Both the position numbers and the translations under genes were made by a program. Positions 9,166 to 19,108 of a stretch of 50,274 nt of DNA are shown in pieces (position 1 is the stretch's first letter; the number at the start of each line of letters is the position of its first letter). Origin of the DNA: Acetobacteraceae bacterium (GTDB lineage: Bacteria; Pseudomonadota; Alphaproteobacteria; Acetobacterales; Acetobacteraceae); NCBI GenBank assembly GCA_003164455.1, contig PLTJ01000009.1, forward strand, positions 11,639 through 61,912. Direction: 5' to 3'. The notes below the pieces were generated by a model. The model saw nothing but the letters and a program-made list of their open reading frames with translations. It ran no database searches and was not told the origin of the DNA.

Positions 9166-9750
9166 TCAGAGCTTTTCGATGGCGGCGCCGAGCGCGCGCG
9201 CCAGCGCGTTCTGGACCTCGGTTTTCTTGTCCCGGATGCCGGGTGCGAAATATGGCCGGGCCGGCATCGTGACGCTGCGCTTGAGCGCAAACAACGGAGT
9301 CGCCTCCGCGTCACCGGGCTGCTTGCCCATGATGGCGCCACCGGCGAAGAACGTCTTCCAGCCTTGGCTCTCAGCCTGCCGCGGGCCGAATCGCGCCACG
9401 CCGGCTTGCGTCTTAACGGCATCGAGCGGGATGGCGAGGAACTGCCCGTGGACCGGCTTGATCTCGCCGCCGTACTCGTGGATGCGGGCATAAGGAAGCC
9501 CCTGGCCCGCCAGAACGCGGCCCGTCACGCTGGCGGCCCCGCGTTCCACCTTGCCCGGCACGATGCTGCGGCTCAGTGCGCCAGTGCGGCGCTCCAGGCC
9601 GGACTTCGGCAGCGTCACCGACTTGATGTGTCCCACCAGCATGATGGTGACGAGCGATATCTCGCGCGCCGCGGCATTCATGACCGCCGGCGTGATAAGG
9701 TTGATCTTCGCCGCGATGGTGTTCTCGGTGACGGTGATGTCGAGCGGCAT
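9166..9750 (-). CDS. Phage virion morphogenesis protein (P2 gpS/Mu gpG/HK97 gp10-like)
   Basis: RTGALSRSI, YARIHEYGG and MPARPYF motifs. Confidence 0.85.
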   Translation of the reverse strand: MPLDITVTENTIAAKINLITPAVMNAAAREISLVTIMLVGHIKSVTLPKSGLERRTGALSRSIVPGKVERGAASVTGRVLAGQGLPYARIHEYGGEIKPVHGQFLAIPLDAVKTQAGVARFGPRQAESQGWKTFFAGGAIMGKQPGDAEATPLFALKRSVTMPARPYFAPGIRDKKTEVQNALARALGAAIEKL

Positions 9751-9751
9751 C

Positions 9752-10612
9752 TCACCACCGTCCTGCGCCGGCGGCGCCCGGCATCACGACGTCGGCGATC
9801 GGCACCACGGCGCGATGCAGATCCAGCGCTTCCTTGGTGCGGGGGTGCATGTTCTTGAGCATAAAGCTCACCCGCTGCGGCCCTTCACCGACCGAGGTAT
9901 CGCCCATGCGGGTCCGCATCGTGGCGGCGTAGCTGGTCAGTTCCAGGCAAGCCACGACGATGTCATCGGGCAGCGGCTCGGCGCCAGCCGGCGGCGCCAC
10001 ATAGGCCGCGGTGCAGCGCCAGGTGATCAGCCCGTCCACGACGGCGGCGCCGATCGTGGTCGGCCATGCCGGAGCGGTTGCCCCGGTGGCACCCTCGCCG
10101 CTGGCCGTGTAGACGCAGCCGTTCCCGGGCAGAATTTGCGCCCCTGGGGCGGTCGGCTTCTCGGCCGTCCATTCCGGCAGGCCAGCCAGCGCAACCTGCC
10201 CGGGCGTCAGATACCCGGCCGCGTAGGACAGCGCGACGTTCTTGATCCCAGGGGCGAAGCGGCCACCGCCACCGCCGGGAACGCCGCCGGGCCGGAGGTA
10301 GATGAACTGCTCGTCGTTGATGTACCCGGGCCCCGTGGGTCCCTGCGCCGGCGTGACGGTGTGGCCGTTGATCGTGACTGCCGCGACGGAGATGATCGGC
10401 CAGTTCTTGGTGCGCATCGACTCCAGGCCGTTGCCGTGCCGCAGCTCGGTGTAGCTCTCGGCGACGAGGTGGCGGCTCAGGTACTGCTCGATCCCGCGCG
10501 ACACGCTGGTCAGGATGCGGGCCAGCACGACGTCGCCGCGCGTCGTCTCCGCGAGCGGCACCATGTAGGCTTTCAGGCTCGCCAGGTCGGCGAGGTCTCG
10601 GGTAGTGGCCAT
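9752..10612 (-). CDS. Head-tail connector (gp6-like) with an inserted small aromatic/Pro module
   Basis: LADLASLKAY...IEQYLSR...NVALSYAAGY...PDDIVVACLE. Confidence 0.8.
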   Translation of the reverse strand: MATTRDLADLASLKAYMVPLAETTRGDVVLARILTSVSRGIEQYLSRHLVAESYTELRHGNGLESMRTKNWPIISVAAVTINGHTVTPAQGPTGPGYINDEQFIYLRPGGVPGGGGGRFAPGIKNVALSYAAGYLTPGQVALAGLPEWTAEKPTAPGAQILPGNGCVYTASGEGATGATAPAWPTTIGAAVVDGLITWRCTAAYVAPPAGAEPLPDDIVVACLELTSYAATMRTRMGDTSVGEGPQRVSFMLKNMHPRTKEALDLHRAVVPIADVVMPGAAGAGRW

Positions 10613-10624
10613 GGTGGCTGCGCC

Positions 10625-10855
10625 CTATGACCGGCGAGCTTGCTTCCCGCCGCGTTTGTCGGCGCCGGACTCCGGAGTCGCGGCGTCATTTGCGCCCGGA
10701 GCTTCGTCGGGCGGCTCGTGCTCGACCCGCCAGCCGTGGGCCAGGGCGTGCTCCAGCATCCGCTGGTCCACCATCACGGCTCCGTACTTGTCGGGCTTGC
10801 CCACCGCGAAGGACATGCTGGCGCCTGGCGCCGGCGGAGCAACACGGATCTGCAT
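10625..10855 (-). CDS. Small capsid-adjacent protein (hypothetical)
   Basis: MQIRVAPPAPG...PDKYGAVMV...LAHGW directly after the capsid gene; start inferred. Confidence 0.55.
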   Translation of the reverse strand: MQIRVAPPAPGASMSFAVGKPDKYGAVMVDQRMLEHALAHGWRVEHEPPDEAPGANDAATPESGADKRGGKQARRS

Positions 10856-10931
10856 TTTGTGGGGAATTCCCTTGTTGGATAGCCAAAGGCGCCTGATGAA
10901 GCGAAGCATCTCCGCCTTCAGTGGTGTTGGG

Positions 10932-10964
10932 TCGGCGGCCCCGGCATCGTTCCGGGGCCGCCGA
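10932..10964 (-). terminator. 13-bp GC hairpin downstream of the capsid gene (terminator or mRNA stabiliser)
   Basis: tcggcggccccgg-catcgtt-ccggggccgccga; no U tract. Confidence 0.5.
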
Positions 10965-10977
10965 TGTTGCGGAGAGG

Positions 10978-12600
10978 TCAGCCGTTGCCGACGTTGGTCA
11001 GGAGGCCCATGGCGAACGGCACGTAAACGGCAAGAACTTCTTGCGAGTAGCAGCCGTAATACTGCTCGCGCGAAACCTTCGGCCAGATTTCGCTGTAGTA
11101 ATCCTGCCGGGTCTGCACGACAGCGCACTCCGGCACGGCGTTCGACACGTACCATGGCGGCAGATGCTCGGCCCAGCCGAGGAGTGTCCCGGCCGCCAGG
11201 TTGGGATGGATCTTGATCGGAATCTTGACGCCGCCGTCCGGGGTGTAGGGGTTGAAGTAGTAGCTGACGACACCGCCGGCCGTGACCTTGTATTCGGCAC
11301 CACCCTCGGCATCGACTTCCTGGTTGTAGCGCAGCAGTGGGGCCGAGGCGCCGTTCAGCGTCTTCGCCGTGATGTTCTTTTGTTCCTGGCTATTGACGTA
11401 GATCACGGTGGCGCTGAGGCGAGAGTTGTCCCACATCGCCTTGTTCATGGTGTCGATCTCGTTGACACCGCCGGCGCCCGAGCTGGTCAGGAAAGTGCCG
11501 GTGCCGGCCGTACCGGTCGGGAGCGTGTTGACGTAGGCGCCGCTGGACGGGTTGAACGCCCAGGTCAGCAAGCCGTCGAAGGCGTAGCTCTGGTTCGTGC
11601 TGCAGTCCGCGGTGATGGCGGCGGCGGGCTGCAGGCCGGAGGTCAGCGGCGCCGAGAACACGACGCTGTTGATCGTGGTGATGGCCTGCAGGGTCTCCTG
11701 ACCGGCCACGCCGACGAACCAGGCATAGGCGACGGCACCCGTGACCGGCGTCTCGGCGCCGGTCAGCGCCTGGCCCAGGGTGATGGGCTGCGTCGTGTTC
11801 GGCGACTTGTTCGAGGAGCCGCCGTTCAGGACATAGGTGCGGGCATCGTTGCCGGTGATCGTCAGCGCCTGCGCGATGCCGCCGCTGAGCGAGGAGTTCA
11901 GGTAGCCTTCCTGGGTCAGCGCGACCACGATGACGCTGTACGTGCCGGCCGGAAGGGTTGCCGTGGAGCCGGAGGCGCCAAGGGTCGGGGCGGACGGAGT
12001 GCCGAGCGGCAGGGAGTTGTCGCCGCCGATCAGCCCGGCCTCCTCCTTGATGAAGGTACGCAGCAGCAGCCGGAGCTGCACGAGGGCATCCTCGTCCTCG
12101 AAGCCATCGGCCGCGAAGCGGGCTTCCTCGGTGATGCTGTCTTCCTCGCCCAGCGTCATGTAGGACAGGGACTTGTTGGACGTCACGTAGGACATCGAGG
12201 CGCTGCGCCGGCCTTCCTGGACCCACCCCATGAAGGGCTGGCCGGAGCCGATCGTGTTCACGACCGCCTTCCAGTGCGCGGCTTCGCCGGGATGCTCGCG
12301 CTGCATCCTGGCGAGGCTGTTGCGGATCGGCGTCACGGTCGGGAACAGGTTCATGGCCGGGGCCCGCAGATCGTAGTAGGTGAGGCCGGTTGCGACCGAC
12401 ACGCTCTTGCGCAGCGAGTCCGACATCTGGTCGTCGGTCATCGGGTTGCCGAACGACGCCTTGAAGAGATCGAGCGTATGGGCGGCGCGTTTGCGGGACA
12501 TGTAGCCGATGCGGTTCTTGTCCGGGGCCGACGTGCCATTGATGGTCGCCTGGAAGCGGTCGATCACCGCATCCCGGGGCTGGACGACGCGGGTTGCCAT
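10978..12600 (-). CDS. Major capsid protein with an inserted Ig/Fn3-like domain
   Basis: 540 aa after the protease/scaffold; YDLRAPAMNLFPTVTPIRN, FDGLL, IKIHPNL; GGAG RBS. Confidence 0.85.
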   Translation of the reverse strand: MATRVVQPRDAVIDRFQATINGTSAPDKNRIGYMSRKRAAHTLDLFKASFGNPMTDDQMSDSLRKSVSVATGLTYYDLRAPAMNLFPTVTPIRNSLARMQREHPGEAAHWKAVVNTIGSGQPFMGWVQEGRRSASMSYVTSNKSLSYMTLGEEDSITEEARFAADGFEDEDALVQLRLLLRTFIKEEAGLIGGDNSLPLGTPSAPTLGASGSTATLPAGTYSVIVVALTQEGYLNSSLSGGIAQALTITGNDARTYVLNGGSSNKSPNTTQPITLGQALTGAETPVTGAVAYAWFVGVAGQETLQAITTINSVVFSAPLTSGLQPAAAITADCSTNQSYAFDGLLTWAFNPSSGAYVNTLPTGTAGTGTFLTSSGAGGVNEIDTMNKAMWDNSRLSATVIYVNSQEQKNITAKTLNGASAPLLRYNQEVDAEGGAEYKVTAGGVVSYYFNPYTPDGGVKIPIKIHPNLAAGTLLGWAEHLPPWYVSNAVPECAVVQTRQDYYSEIWPKVSREQYYGCYSQEVLAVYVPFAMGLLTNVGNG

Positions 12601-12710
12601 TCGAGACTCCTCTATGACCGCCGCCGCTCAGGCGTCAGCGGATCCGACAAATGCCGGGGCGTGCGCCAGCACGACCGCGCGGCGTGGGACAAGAAGGCTG
12701 GCGCCTGAAG

Positions 12711-15656
12711 CTATTTCGATGTCGACAGGTAGGCTTCGCGCAGCAACGCGTCGGCGCGTTCCGGGCCGGCCGGAACCGCGAGCACCTTCTGCAGCAGCGC
12801 CGACTGCGGAGCGGGATCCGTGGCACCACCACCGGCGCTGATCGCGCCGCCGTCCGCGGTCTTGGTGACGGCGCTGCCGGCCGGCCGCGAGGCGTGCCGG
12901 AGCGGCGTCACCACGGGCTCGCCCTCGAGCTTGGCGATCTTGCTCTTGAGCGTAGCGATCTCGACGTTGGCCGTGGTCAGGCTGGCCCGCATGTCCTGGG
13001 TCGCCTTCACCAGCGGCGCGACCTGGCCCACGATACTGCGAAGTAGCTTCTCGGATCGCGGATCGGTCGTGGTCGTGGCAGCAGGCGCCTGGCTGCCGGA
13101 ACCAGTACCGGTTGCCGTGGGACGATCTGCCGTCGCGAGGCGCTCCATCTCGGGCGCTGCCTTGTCGAGCGAATCGGCCAGCGCCTTGCGGAGCTTGCGG
13201 ACGTCCTTCGGGACCGGCTTTTCGGCCCTGGCCCGCAGCACGCCGGCGAGATCGCGCATCCAGGTCGGGGCCGCGAGCGTGACGTACTGAGGGCCATTAC
13301 TGTCGCCGGTCCAGATGCGCTCGACGTCCTTGCCCTCGCCGAACTCCGTCGCCTCGCGGGCCACGACGTCTTCCAGGAGCTTGATGCCGGACGCCAGCCA
13401 TTCGTGAAGCTGCTCGACCAGCTTGACGGCGTCTGGATCGGTGTCGCCCTCGGCGGACTGCTCGCGCTGATAGTCGTGCTGCAGCGATCGGATACCAGTC
13501 AGGGTGCTGGCCAGAGACGCGATGAAGCCCATGCTCTTGTGCATCGTCGCCGCCTTGGTGAGGGCGCCGCCGCAGGCCGCGCACTTGGTGTCGCCATCCT
13601 TGATCTCGGCATGGCAGGCCGGGCAGGTCTTGGCAGCCTTGGCCAGCGGCTGCGACTGACCTTGCGCAGCCCGCACCTTGACAAGCCGATCGGCCCTGGC
13701 CACCCAGCGCGCGGCCTTGGCCAGCTTCTTGGCCTTCCGGGCCGCCTTGGCGAGCTTGCGCGCGCGTCGGTCTGCCTCGCTCTCGCCGGTAGGAAGCACC
13801 GCGTTATCCTGCTGGGGATGCGGCTCGGGATGGGCCTGATCGACCGTCACGCCGGCACCCTTGGTCGCCGTGCCGCCCTTCTTCTTGGTGCTGCCGGGCC
13901 AGTCCTCGGGCAGCTTGTCGGTGGCCTTCAGGCGCTTGGCCTGGGCGGTGATGTGGGCCTTCGCCTTGTCCTTGTCCTTGGCGCGGCCGAACGCCGAGAC
14001 GGCGTCCTCCAGATCGGCCTCGGTCTCGATCGGGAAGCTGCCGTCCTCCATGGCGTGGCCAGCGTCGGCCGCATCCTGGCGCTGCTTGTCCGTGAAGTCG
14101 CGCTTGCCGAAGTACACGCCGTGCTTGTCGAGCCACGTCCCGTCGGCCGACTTCGTCAGCTTGGCGAGCGGCTTCACGGCACGCTTCTGCGTCGGCTGCG
14201 CCAGATCCGGAAGCCCCGCATCGGTGAAGCTCTTCGCCATCGCCTTGCGGGCATCCGCGACCTGGCGCAGCGTACCGGCGAACTTCGCATGGCCTGCGGC
14301 GTCCTCGGTGCGGCTGTCGGTCTTGGCCCGTTCGGCGAAAGCGTCGTACTCGCCGGCTGCCTTCCCGCACTTCTCGGCGTGGGCGGTGCAGTGATCGGCC
14401 GCGGCCTTGCACAGCGCGATACGAGCGCCGCCGGCCGCCTTGCCGAGATTGCCGTCCTCGTTGGCGCCGTGCGCGGAGTCCGACGGCACCGTCTTGATCC
14501 GCTCCGCCACGAGATCGTGGTAGCTCTGGGCGGCGTCGTGGTGATGCTGGGCCGCGGTCTCGTGCGCCTCGGCCTCGGCGTCGGCGTGCTTGGCCTGGTC
14601 CTTGTCGCCGTCGGCGCGCTTCGCGTTGGCGGTGGCGCGGGCCTGTGTGGCGGCCGCGATGGCCGCGATGGCCGCGGCGTCCTCCTCGACAGCCCTGCCA
14701 TGCGCGGCCTGGATCTCGGTCAGCGCGGTGATGCCCTCGATGTTGGCCGAGCTGATCGCCGCCGTCATCTTGGCGAGTGCGGCCTCGGCCTCGGCGAGGA
14801 TGTTGTCAGGCATTTGAACCTCCTTGGAACCGCCGGACGCCAGCGAGGCCGCCAGCCGGCGATAGTTGCGGGCGGCGTTGCGGTGGTGTTCGGCCAGCGC
14901 GGCGTTGGCGTCGGCCAGATGGCTGTGAACCGTGATCCCCACGGCGTCGGCCCCGGTTTCGGCGGCGGCGCGGCGGGTGCGGTGATGCGTGGCGGCCTGC
15001 TCGGCCTTTTCGGCCGCGGCGTCGTGCTCGGCGGCGTGGGTCAGCACCTCCTGGCGCAGCGCGTCACGGGTCGCGAAGGTGCCGCCATAGAGGCGGTGGC
15101 CGGCCTTCCCGAGCGGCTCCGGGCCGCAGCCCAGGAACTTCGCCAGCGGTTCCGCGGGGGCGGCACCGTCCGCCTTGACGATATCGATCCGAGCGTCAGG
15201 GTTACATGGCCGATCGACAAGCGAGATTTCGACCAGGTCGATGCCGGTCACCGTGCGCTTGTCGTCCGGGTCGCGATCCGTGATGCGGCCGCCAACCGAA
15301 AATCCTTTGTAGACGGCCGGCAGCTCGGTTCCATCAGCAAGCTTTGTCGGCTTGCATTTCGCCCACGCCTGATCGTCCTGGACATAGGCGCCAAACCACA
15401 GACCTTTGCCGTCGATCGTCGCTTCGACCGCTGTCCCAACTGCGGACGGCTGGTGCATTTGGCGCACGCAACCCCAGTCAAGATATTCCGGAAGAGCTTT
15501 CTTGACCGCGTCGAGCGTTATGACCTCGCCGCTCTGGTCGCGGGTTGGCGTCGTCGCGTACCCGAAGACCATGCGCTGCTCTTCGTCGATCTTGCATATC
15601 GGCGCGAACAGAACGGGCGTGACGCCACCTGCGGAGGTCGAGACTGCACCAGACAT
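12711..15656 (-). CDS. Prohead protease (XkdF/HK97-like) fused to a long scaffold region with a DUF6582-like domain and a zinc ribbon
   Basis: N-terminal EEQRMVFGYA, RQMH, YKGFSVGG, EISLVDRPCNP; AMEDGSFPIETEADLEDAVSAFGRAK; CPAC...CAAC; C-terminal coiled coil. Confidence 0.85.
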   Translation of the reverse strand: MSGAVSTSAGGVTPVLFAPICKIDEEQRMVFGYATTPTRDQSGEVITLDAVKKALPEYLDWGCVRQMHQPSAVGTAVEATIDGKGLWFGAYVQDDQAWAKCKPTKLADGTELPAVYKGFSVGGRITDRDPDDKRTVTGIDLVEISLVDRPCNPDARIDIVKADGAAPAEPLAKFLGCGPEPLGKAGHRLYGGTFATRDALRQEVLTHAAEHDAAAEKAEQAATHHRTRRAAAETGADAVGITVHSHLADANAALAEHHRNAARNYRRLAASLASGGSKEVQMPDNILAEAEAALAKMTAAISSANIEGITALTEIQAAHGRAVEEDAAAIAAIAAATQARATANAKRADGDKDQAKHADAEAEAHETAAQHHHDAAQSYHDLVAERIKTVPSDSAHGANEDGNLGKAAGGARIALCKAAADHCTAHAEKCGKAAGEYDAFAERAKTDSRTEDAAGHAKFAGTLRQVADARKAMAKSFTDAGLPDLAQPTQKRAVKPLAKLTKSADGTWLDKHGVYFGKRDFTDKQRQDAADAGHAMEDGSFPIETEADLEDAVSAFGRAKDKDKAKAHITAQAKRLKATDKLPEDWPGSTKKKGGTATKGAGVTVDQAHPEPHPQQDNAVLPTGESEADRRARKLAKAARKAKKLAKAARWVARADRLVKVRAAQGQSQPLAKAAKTCPACHAEIKDGDTKCAACGGALTKAATMHKSMGFIASLASTLTGIRSLQHDYQREQSAEGDTDPDAVKLVEQLHEWLASGIKLLEDVVAREATEFGEGKDVERIWTGDSNGPQYVTLAAPTWMRDLAGVLRARAEKPVPKDVRKLRKALADSLDKAAPEMERLATADRPTATGTGSGSQAPAATTTTDPRSEKLLRSIVGQVAPLVKATQDMRASLTTANVEIATLKSKIAKLEGEPVVTPLRHASRPAGSAVTKTADGGAISAGGGATDPAPQSALLQKVLAVPAGPERADALLREAYLSTSK

Positions 15657-15661
15657 ATCGA

Positions 15662-18600
15662 TTACTCTTCGCTCTCGCTGCCTTGGTCGCCGCCGTCCTC
15701 GACGATCGTCACCGCGATGTCGCAGCGGTCGTTGGGATGCGCCGGGGGCGCGTCATCACCAGACTGGAACGTGTCGTCCATGTCGATTTCCCCCTGGTCC
15801 GCGTTGGCTTGGCAGATTTCGCAAGGGTCATCGCCCACCAGCCAGGACTTCTTCATCTTGGCCCCGTACTCCTTGGCGGCCTCGCGGTAGCCCGTCATGG
15901 CTCCGGCCATGCTGGCATCGGCTGCCTCGGTCCTTGCGATGGTCAGCGAACGGGCCAGCGAGAACGCATAGTCCTCGCTCAGCAGATCGCGCGTCTGGGC
16001 CGCTGAAAGGCCATCCTCGTACGCCTGGGCCAGCGTGCCGCGCAGCATCTCGCGCGTCGTGTCGTCGATCCGCATCGCGGCTCGTTTGGCCGGCACCAGG
16101 TTGCCGTCCTCGTCGTACCGCATCCCGACCATCTCGGCGGCGCGCCGGCGGGCGTGGTCGAGCGCCTTTTCGTCCACGGCGTCGAAGACCGCGGAGTCGT
16201 CATGCTGTTCCGGCGCCACGGCCTCCACGGCGGCCTCGGCCGCTGCCTTGCCGGCCTGGACCGCGATCCGGCCGAGATCGGGCTCGATCTCGATCAGCTT
16301 CTTGAGCGCGTCCAGGCTGATCTGCGACGTAGCGGTATTGGCCCGCGCACCAGCGCTGGCTGCATCCTTGCCGAGCTGGTCGCCGATCTCGTTCAGAACC
16401 TCGTTGCGGAGCGCCGTCAGGACACGGTGGACCTTGTCGGCGATCGCCTGGACCTCGGCATCTCGGGGCTGCCGCACCGGCGGCAGGCGATGCGCCGCCG
16501 CCTTGCTGAGCGGATCAGTACCGGAACCAGTCGTGGCGATGAAAGGGACGGGGCCGCCTTCGGCTGCCTCCATCTTCCGCATCGCGTCCGGCGAGATCGG
16601 AGTCGTGGTCTTGCCGCTCTTCAGCCATTCCTTAAACCGGGCCATGGTCCATTCGTGGACCGAGCCGATGAAGTGGTGCCCGGGGTGTGCCGGTCCGCGA
16701 GTGTCGGCGTTCCGGTACGCGGCGATGAAATCGTGCTGCGCCTCGGACCAGTGGTGGTAGCCGATGAATGTCTTGTGCTCGTCGAATGATCCATCTTCCT
16801 TCACCTGATCGATGATGAAGACGGTGGCGCTTTCGGGATCCGGTCCGAGAAAGACATCGACCGGCTCGCCGTCGGCGTCTTTCGTGTCCTCGATGTAGCC
16901 GTACTCGGTCGGCATCACGGCGCGCCAGCCGTCGTGCCGGCTTTCGCGAATCGAACCCTGGGCGTTCTCGATCGCGATCGGGAGGCCTTGGATCTCGATA
17001 TGGCCCTTCTTGTAGTTGCCGGAGGCACGCTGGGCTTCGGTCGGGTCGCGGGCTGTTTCGGCCGCGGCCTCCTCGACCTCGGCGTGGGTTACCTTGGCGA
17101 GCCCGGAGTCGTCGTCGCCATACTCCGGCGACCCGAACAGCAGCATGCCGGGGAAGTTCGGCGGGACATCGTCCGGAACGTCGAGGGAAACCAGCATCCG
17201 CGGCGTGTCACCAAGCCAGCCGTCAAACGCGGCCATCTCGCGCCGCAGCTCATCGGACTCAAGCGCCAGCCAAACTCCAGTCGCATCCGCCTCTACCTTG
17301 ATCTGACCGGGCTCCACCAGGATCATCGGCGCCATCTCGGGGCTGAGCATGAGGTCGACCGGCCACGACAGCAGCCCGGCCGTCACGATCATCGCGACCG
17401 TCACGGCGGGCCGCTCGACCAGGCCGATGCCATAGCGATCGGCCCACTCGCTCAGCTCGTAGACGCTGTAAAGTGGGCGCTCGACCGAGATGACCTCCGA
17501 GCCCGCCATCTTGCGGGTGGCGCCGCTGGGCCGCGTGCCGGGCTGGACCGGCTCCACGGCATCGTCACGGCCGGGCCGCGGCGGCTTCGGCAGCTTGCCG
17601 CCGGGAGGGGCATGCACGTCGTTCGCCGGAATCGGTCCACCCGGACACGGCGTCAGTGCGGCCCGCTCGTCCGGGTCAACCGGCACATAGCCGGCGGCGG
17701 TCAGGACCATCGGCTTGGAGAACGCGCCGCCGAGCGGGTCCTGGCCGATCGATTCCCGCCAGTCGTCCAGCGCGATCGCCCCCTTGGTCGCGGCCGTGCT
17801 CAGGATGACGGACTGCTTGATCGGGTCGAATTCGCGGTCCCCATCCCAGGCGATGCCCAGGTAGTCGATCCCGAAGCAATCCCGGATGATGCCGTTGACG
17901 AACCGACGCATCCATTGCGAGGTCGGCTGCAGGCCCTCGGCGGACGCCTGGGCCTGGTTGACCTGCGCGGTAGCGCGATTCTGCTCCTTGATGAACGGCC
18001 CCGGCGCAATCGACATCGCGTAGCAGATGACGCGCGCAAGCCACTCGTCGAAGGCGTCGGTCAGGACGTCCTTCGTGAACGGCTCGTACTTGGTCCCGGC
18101 CGGCACCCACCAGAGGCGGCGCCGCTGCTCGATGTTGCCGAGGAAGACCGAATCCCAGTACTGCTGGATTTCGGTGATCTGGGCATTCGAGAACCCGACC
18201 GGCGCCTCCATGATTCCGACCGGGACATCGCCGTGGGTGTAGAAGGCCATCTGCTCGCGCAGCCGGGCGATCGCCATCTCGGCATAGGCAAGGACTTGCT
18301 CGCATGGGCCGTACCCGTAGGCGTGGTCAGGACGCCAGTTCTTGATGCCGTAGATCAGGTCGCCAGCCGTGTAGGTGGCGTAGTCGGCCGCCGGAATCCC
18401 CTTCAGGACCTGCTGGAACGCGGGGTTAGGCGGCTTCGGCGGCCGGCCGTTCTCGTCGATCAGAACCGAGATGCTGGCGGCGTCAAGCTGCTCAAGCGCG
18501 TAGAGCTGGCCGCCACGGTTGCGCCGCTTGTAGAGCGCGACAGCGTCATAGACGAAGTGCTGGTCCAGCACGCCGCTCAACCACTGTGACCAATCGAGCC

Positions 18601-19105
18601 GTTTGTCCGGCGACTCGAAGAACTTGGTCAGCAGCCTGATGTCGTCGGCGTATTTCTTCTTGAGCGCGGGGCGTTCGGCGGGAGAGCCGAGCGGCACAAT
18701 GTGCCAGTCCAGCGCGGTCATCTGATCAATGCGGGTCTGGATGCACTCCCGCAGGATCACGCAGTTCTGTGCCACCGCGCGGAGCCGCCCGAACGATACC
18801 GGCTCGTGGGAGCGCGGGATGTAGTTCAGGTTCCAGCCAACCGGGAAGTCGAACTGCCGCGACCGCGCGCTCTCCGGAGCGAATGGCCGCAGTGGCTGCA
18901 GCGGCGAGAACCAGGTCGACGGCGTGACACCGGAGATCGTGTACTGGACGGCCTGCGCGACACGGCGCAGCCATCCAGCCCGCGGCGCCGGGGCCGGCGG
19001 CGTCGTCAGGCGCCAGTTCTCGTTGGTGGGCCGGTTCCGCAGCAGCGCCGGATCGGAGGTGACGATCTGGCTCGCGGGCTGGCCATCGTTGATGCCGGCA
19101 GGCAC
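15662..19105 (-). CDS. Portal protein fused to degenerate 2H-phosphoesterase (Acb1-like), inorganic pyrophosphatase-like and MuF head morphogenesis domains
   Basis: Portal N-terminus (YGYGPCEQ, DEWLARVICYAMSI); GNYKKGH...IENAQGS...YGYI..T.DADGEPVDVFLG...DQ...FDEHK; IARTE...KKSW...CEIC..N...PPAHPNDRC. Confidence 0.88.
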   Translation of the reverse strand: MPAGINDGQPASQIVTSDPALLRNRPTNENWRLTTPPAPAPRAGWLRRVAQAVQYTISGVTPSTWFSPLQPLRPFAPESARSRQFDFPVGWNLNYIPRSHEPVSFGRLRAVAQNCVILRECIQTRIDQMTALDWHIVPLGSPAERPALKKKYADDIRLLTKFFESPDKRLDWSQWLSGVLDQHFVYDAVALYKRRNRGGQLYALEQLDAASISVLIDENGRPPKPPNPAFQQVLKGIPAADYATYTAGDLIYGIKNWRPDHAYGYGPCEQVLAYAEMAIARLREQMAFYTHGDVPVGIMEAPVGFSNAQITEIQQYWDSVFLGNIEQRRRLWWVPAGTKYEPFTKDVLTDAFDEWLARVICYAMSIAPGPFIKEQNRATAQVNQAQASAEGLQPTSQWMRRFVNGIIRDCFGIDYLGIAWDGDREFDPIKQSVILSTAATKGAIALDDWRESIGQDPLGGAFSKPMVLTAAGYVPVDPDERAALTPCPGGPIPANDVHAPPGGKLPKPPRPGRDDAVEPVQPGTRPSGATRKMAGSEVISVERPLYSVYELSEWADRYGIGLVERPAVTVAMIVTAGLLSWPVDLMLSPEMAPMILVEPGQIKVEADATGVWLALESDELRREMAAFDGWLGDTPRMLVSLDVPDDVPPNFPGMLLFGSPEYGDDDSGLAKVTHAEVEEAAAETARDPTEAQRASGNYKKGHIEIQGLPIAIENAQGSIRESRHDGWRAVMPTEYGYIEDTKDADGEPVDVFLGPDPESATVFIIDQVKEDGSFDEHKTFIGYHHWSEAQHDFIAAYRNADTRGPAHPGHHFIGSVHEWTMARFKEWLKSGKTTTPISPDAMRKMEAAEGGPVPFIATTGSGTDPLSKAAAHRLPPVRQPRDAEVQAIADKVHRVLTALRNEVLNEIGDQLGKDAASAGARANTATSQISLDALKKLIEIEPDLGRIAVQAGKAAAEAAVEAVAPEQHDDSAVFDAVDEKALDHARRRAAEMVGMRYDEDGNLVPAKRAAMRIDDTTREMLRGTLAQAYEDGLSAAQTRDLLSEDYAFSLARSLTIARTEAADASMAGAMTGYREAAKEYGAKMKKSWLVGDDPCEICQANADQGEIDMDDTFQSGDDAPPAHPNDRCDIAVTIVEDGGDQGSESEE

Positions 19106-19108
19106 CCG

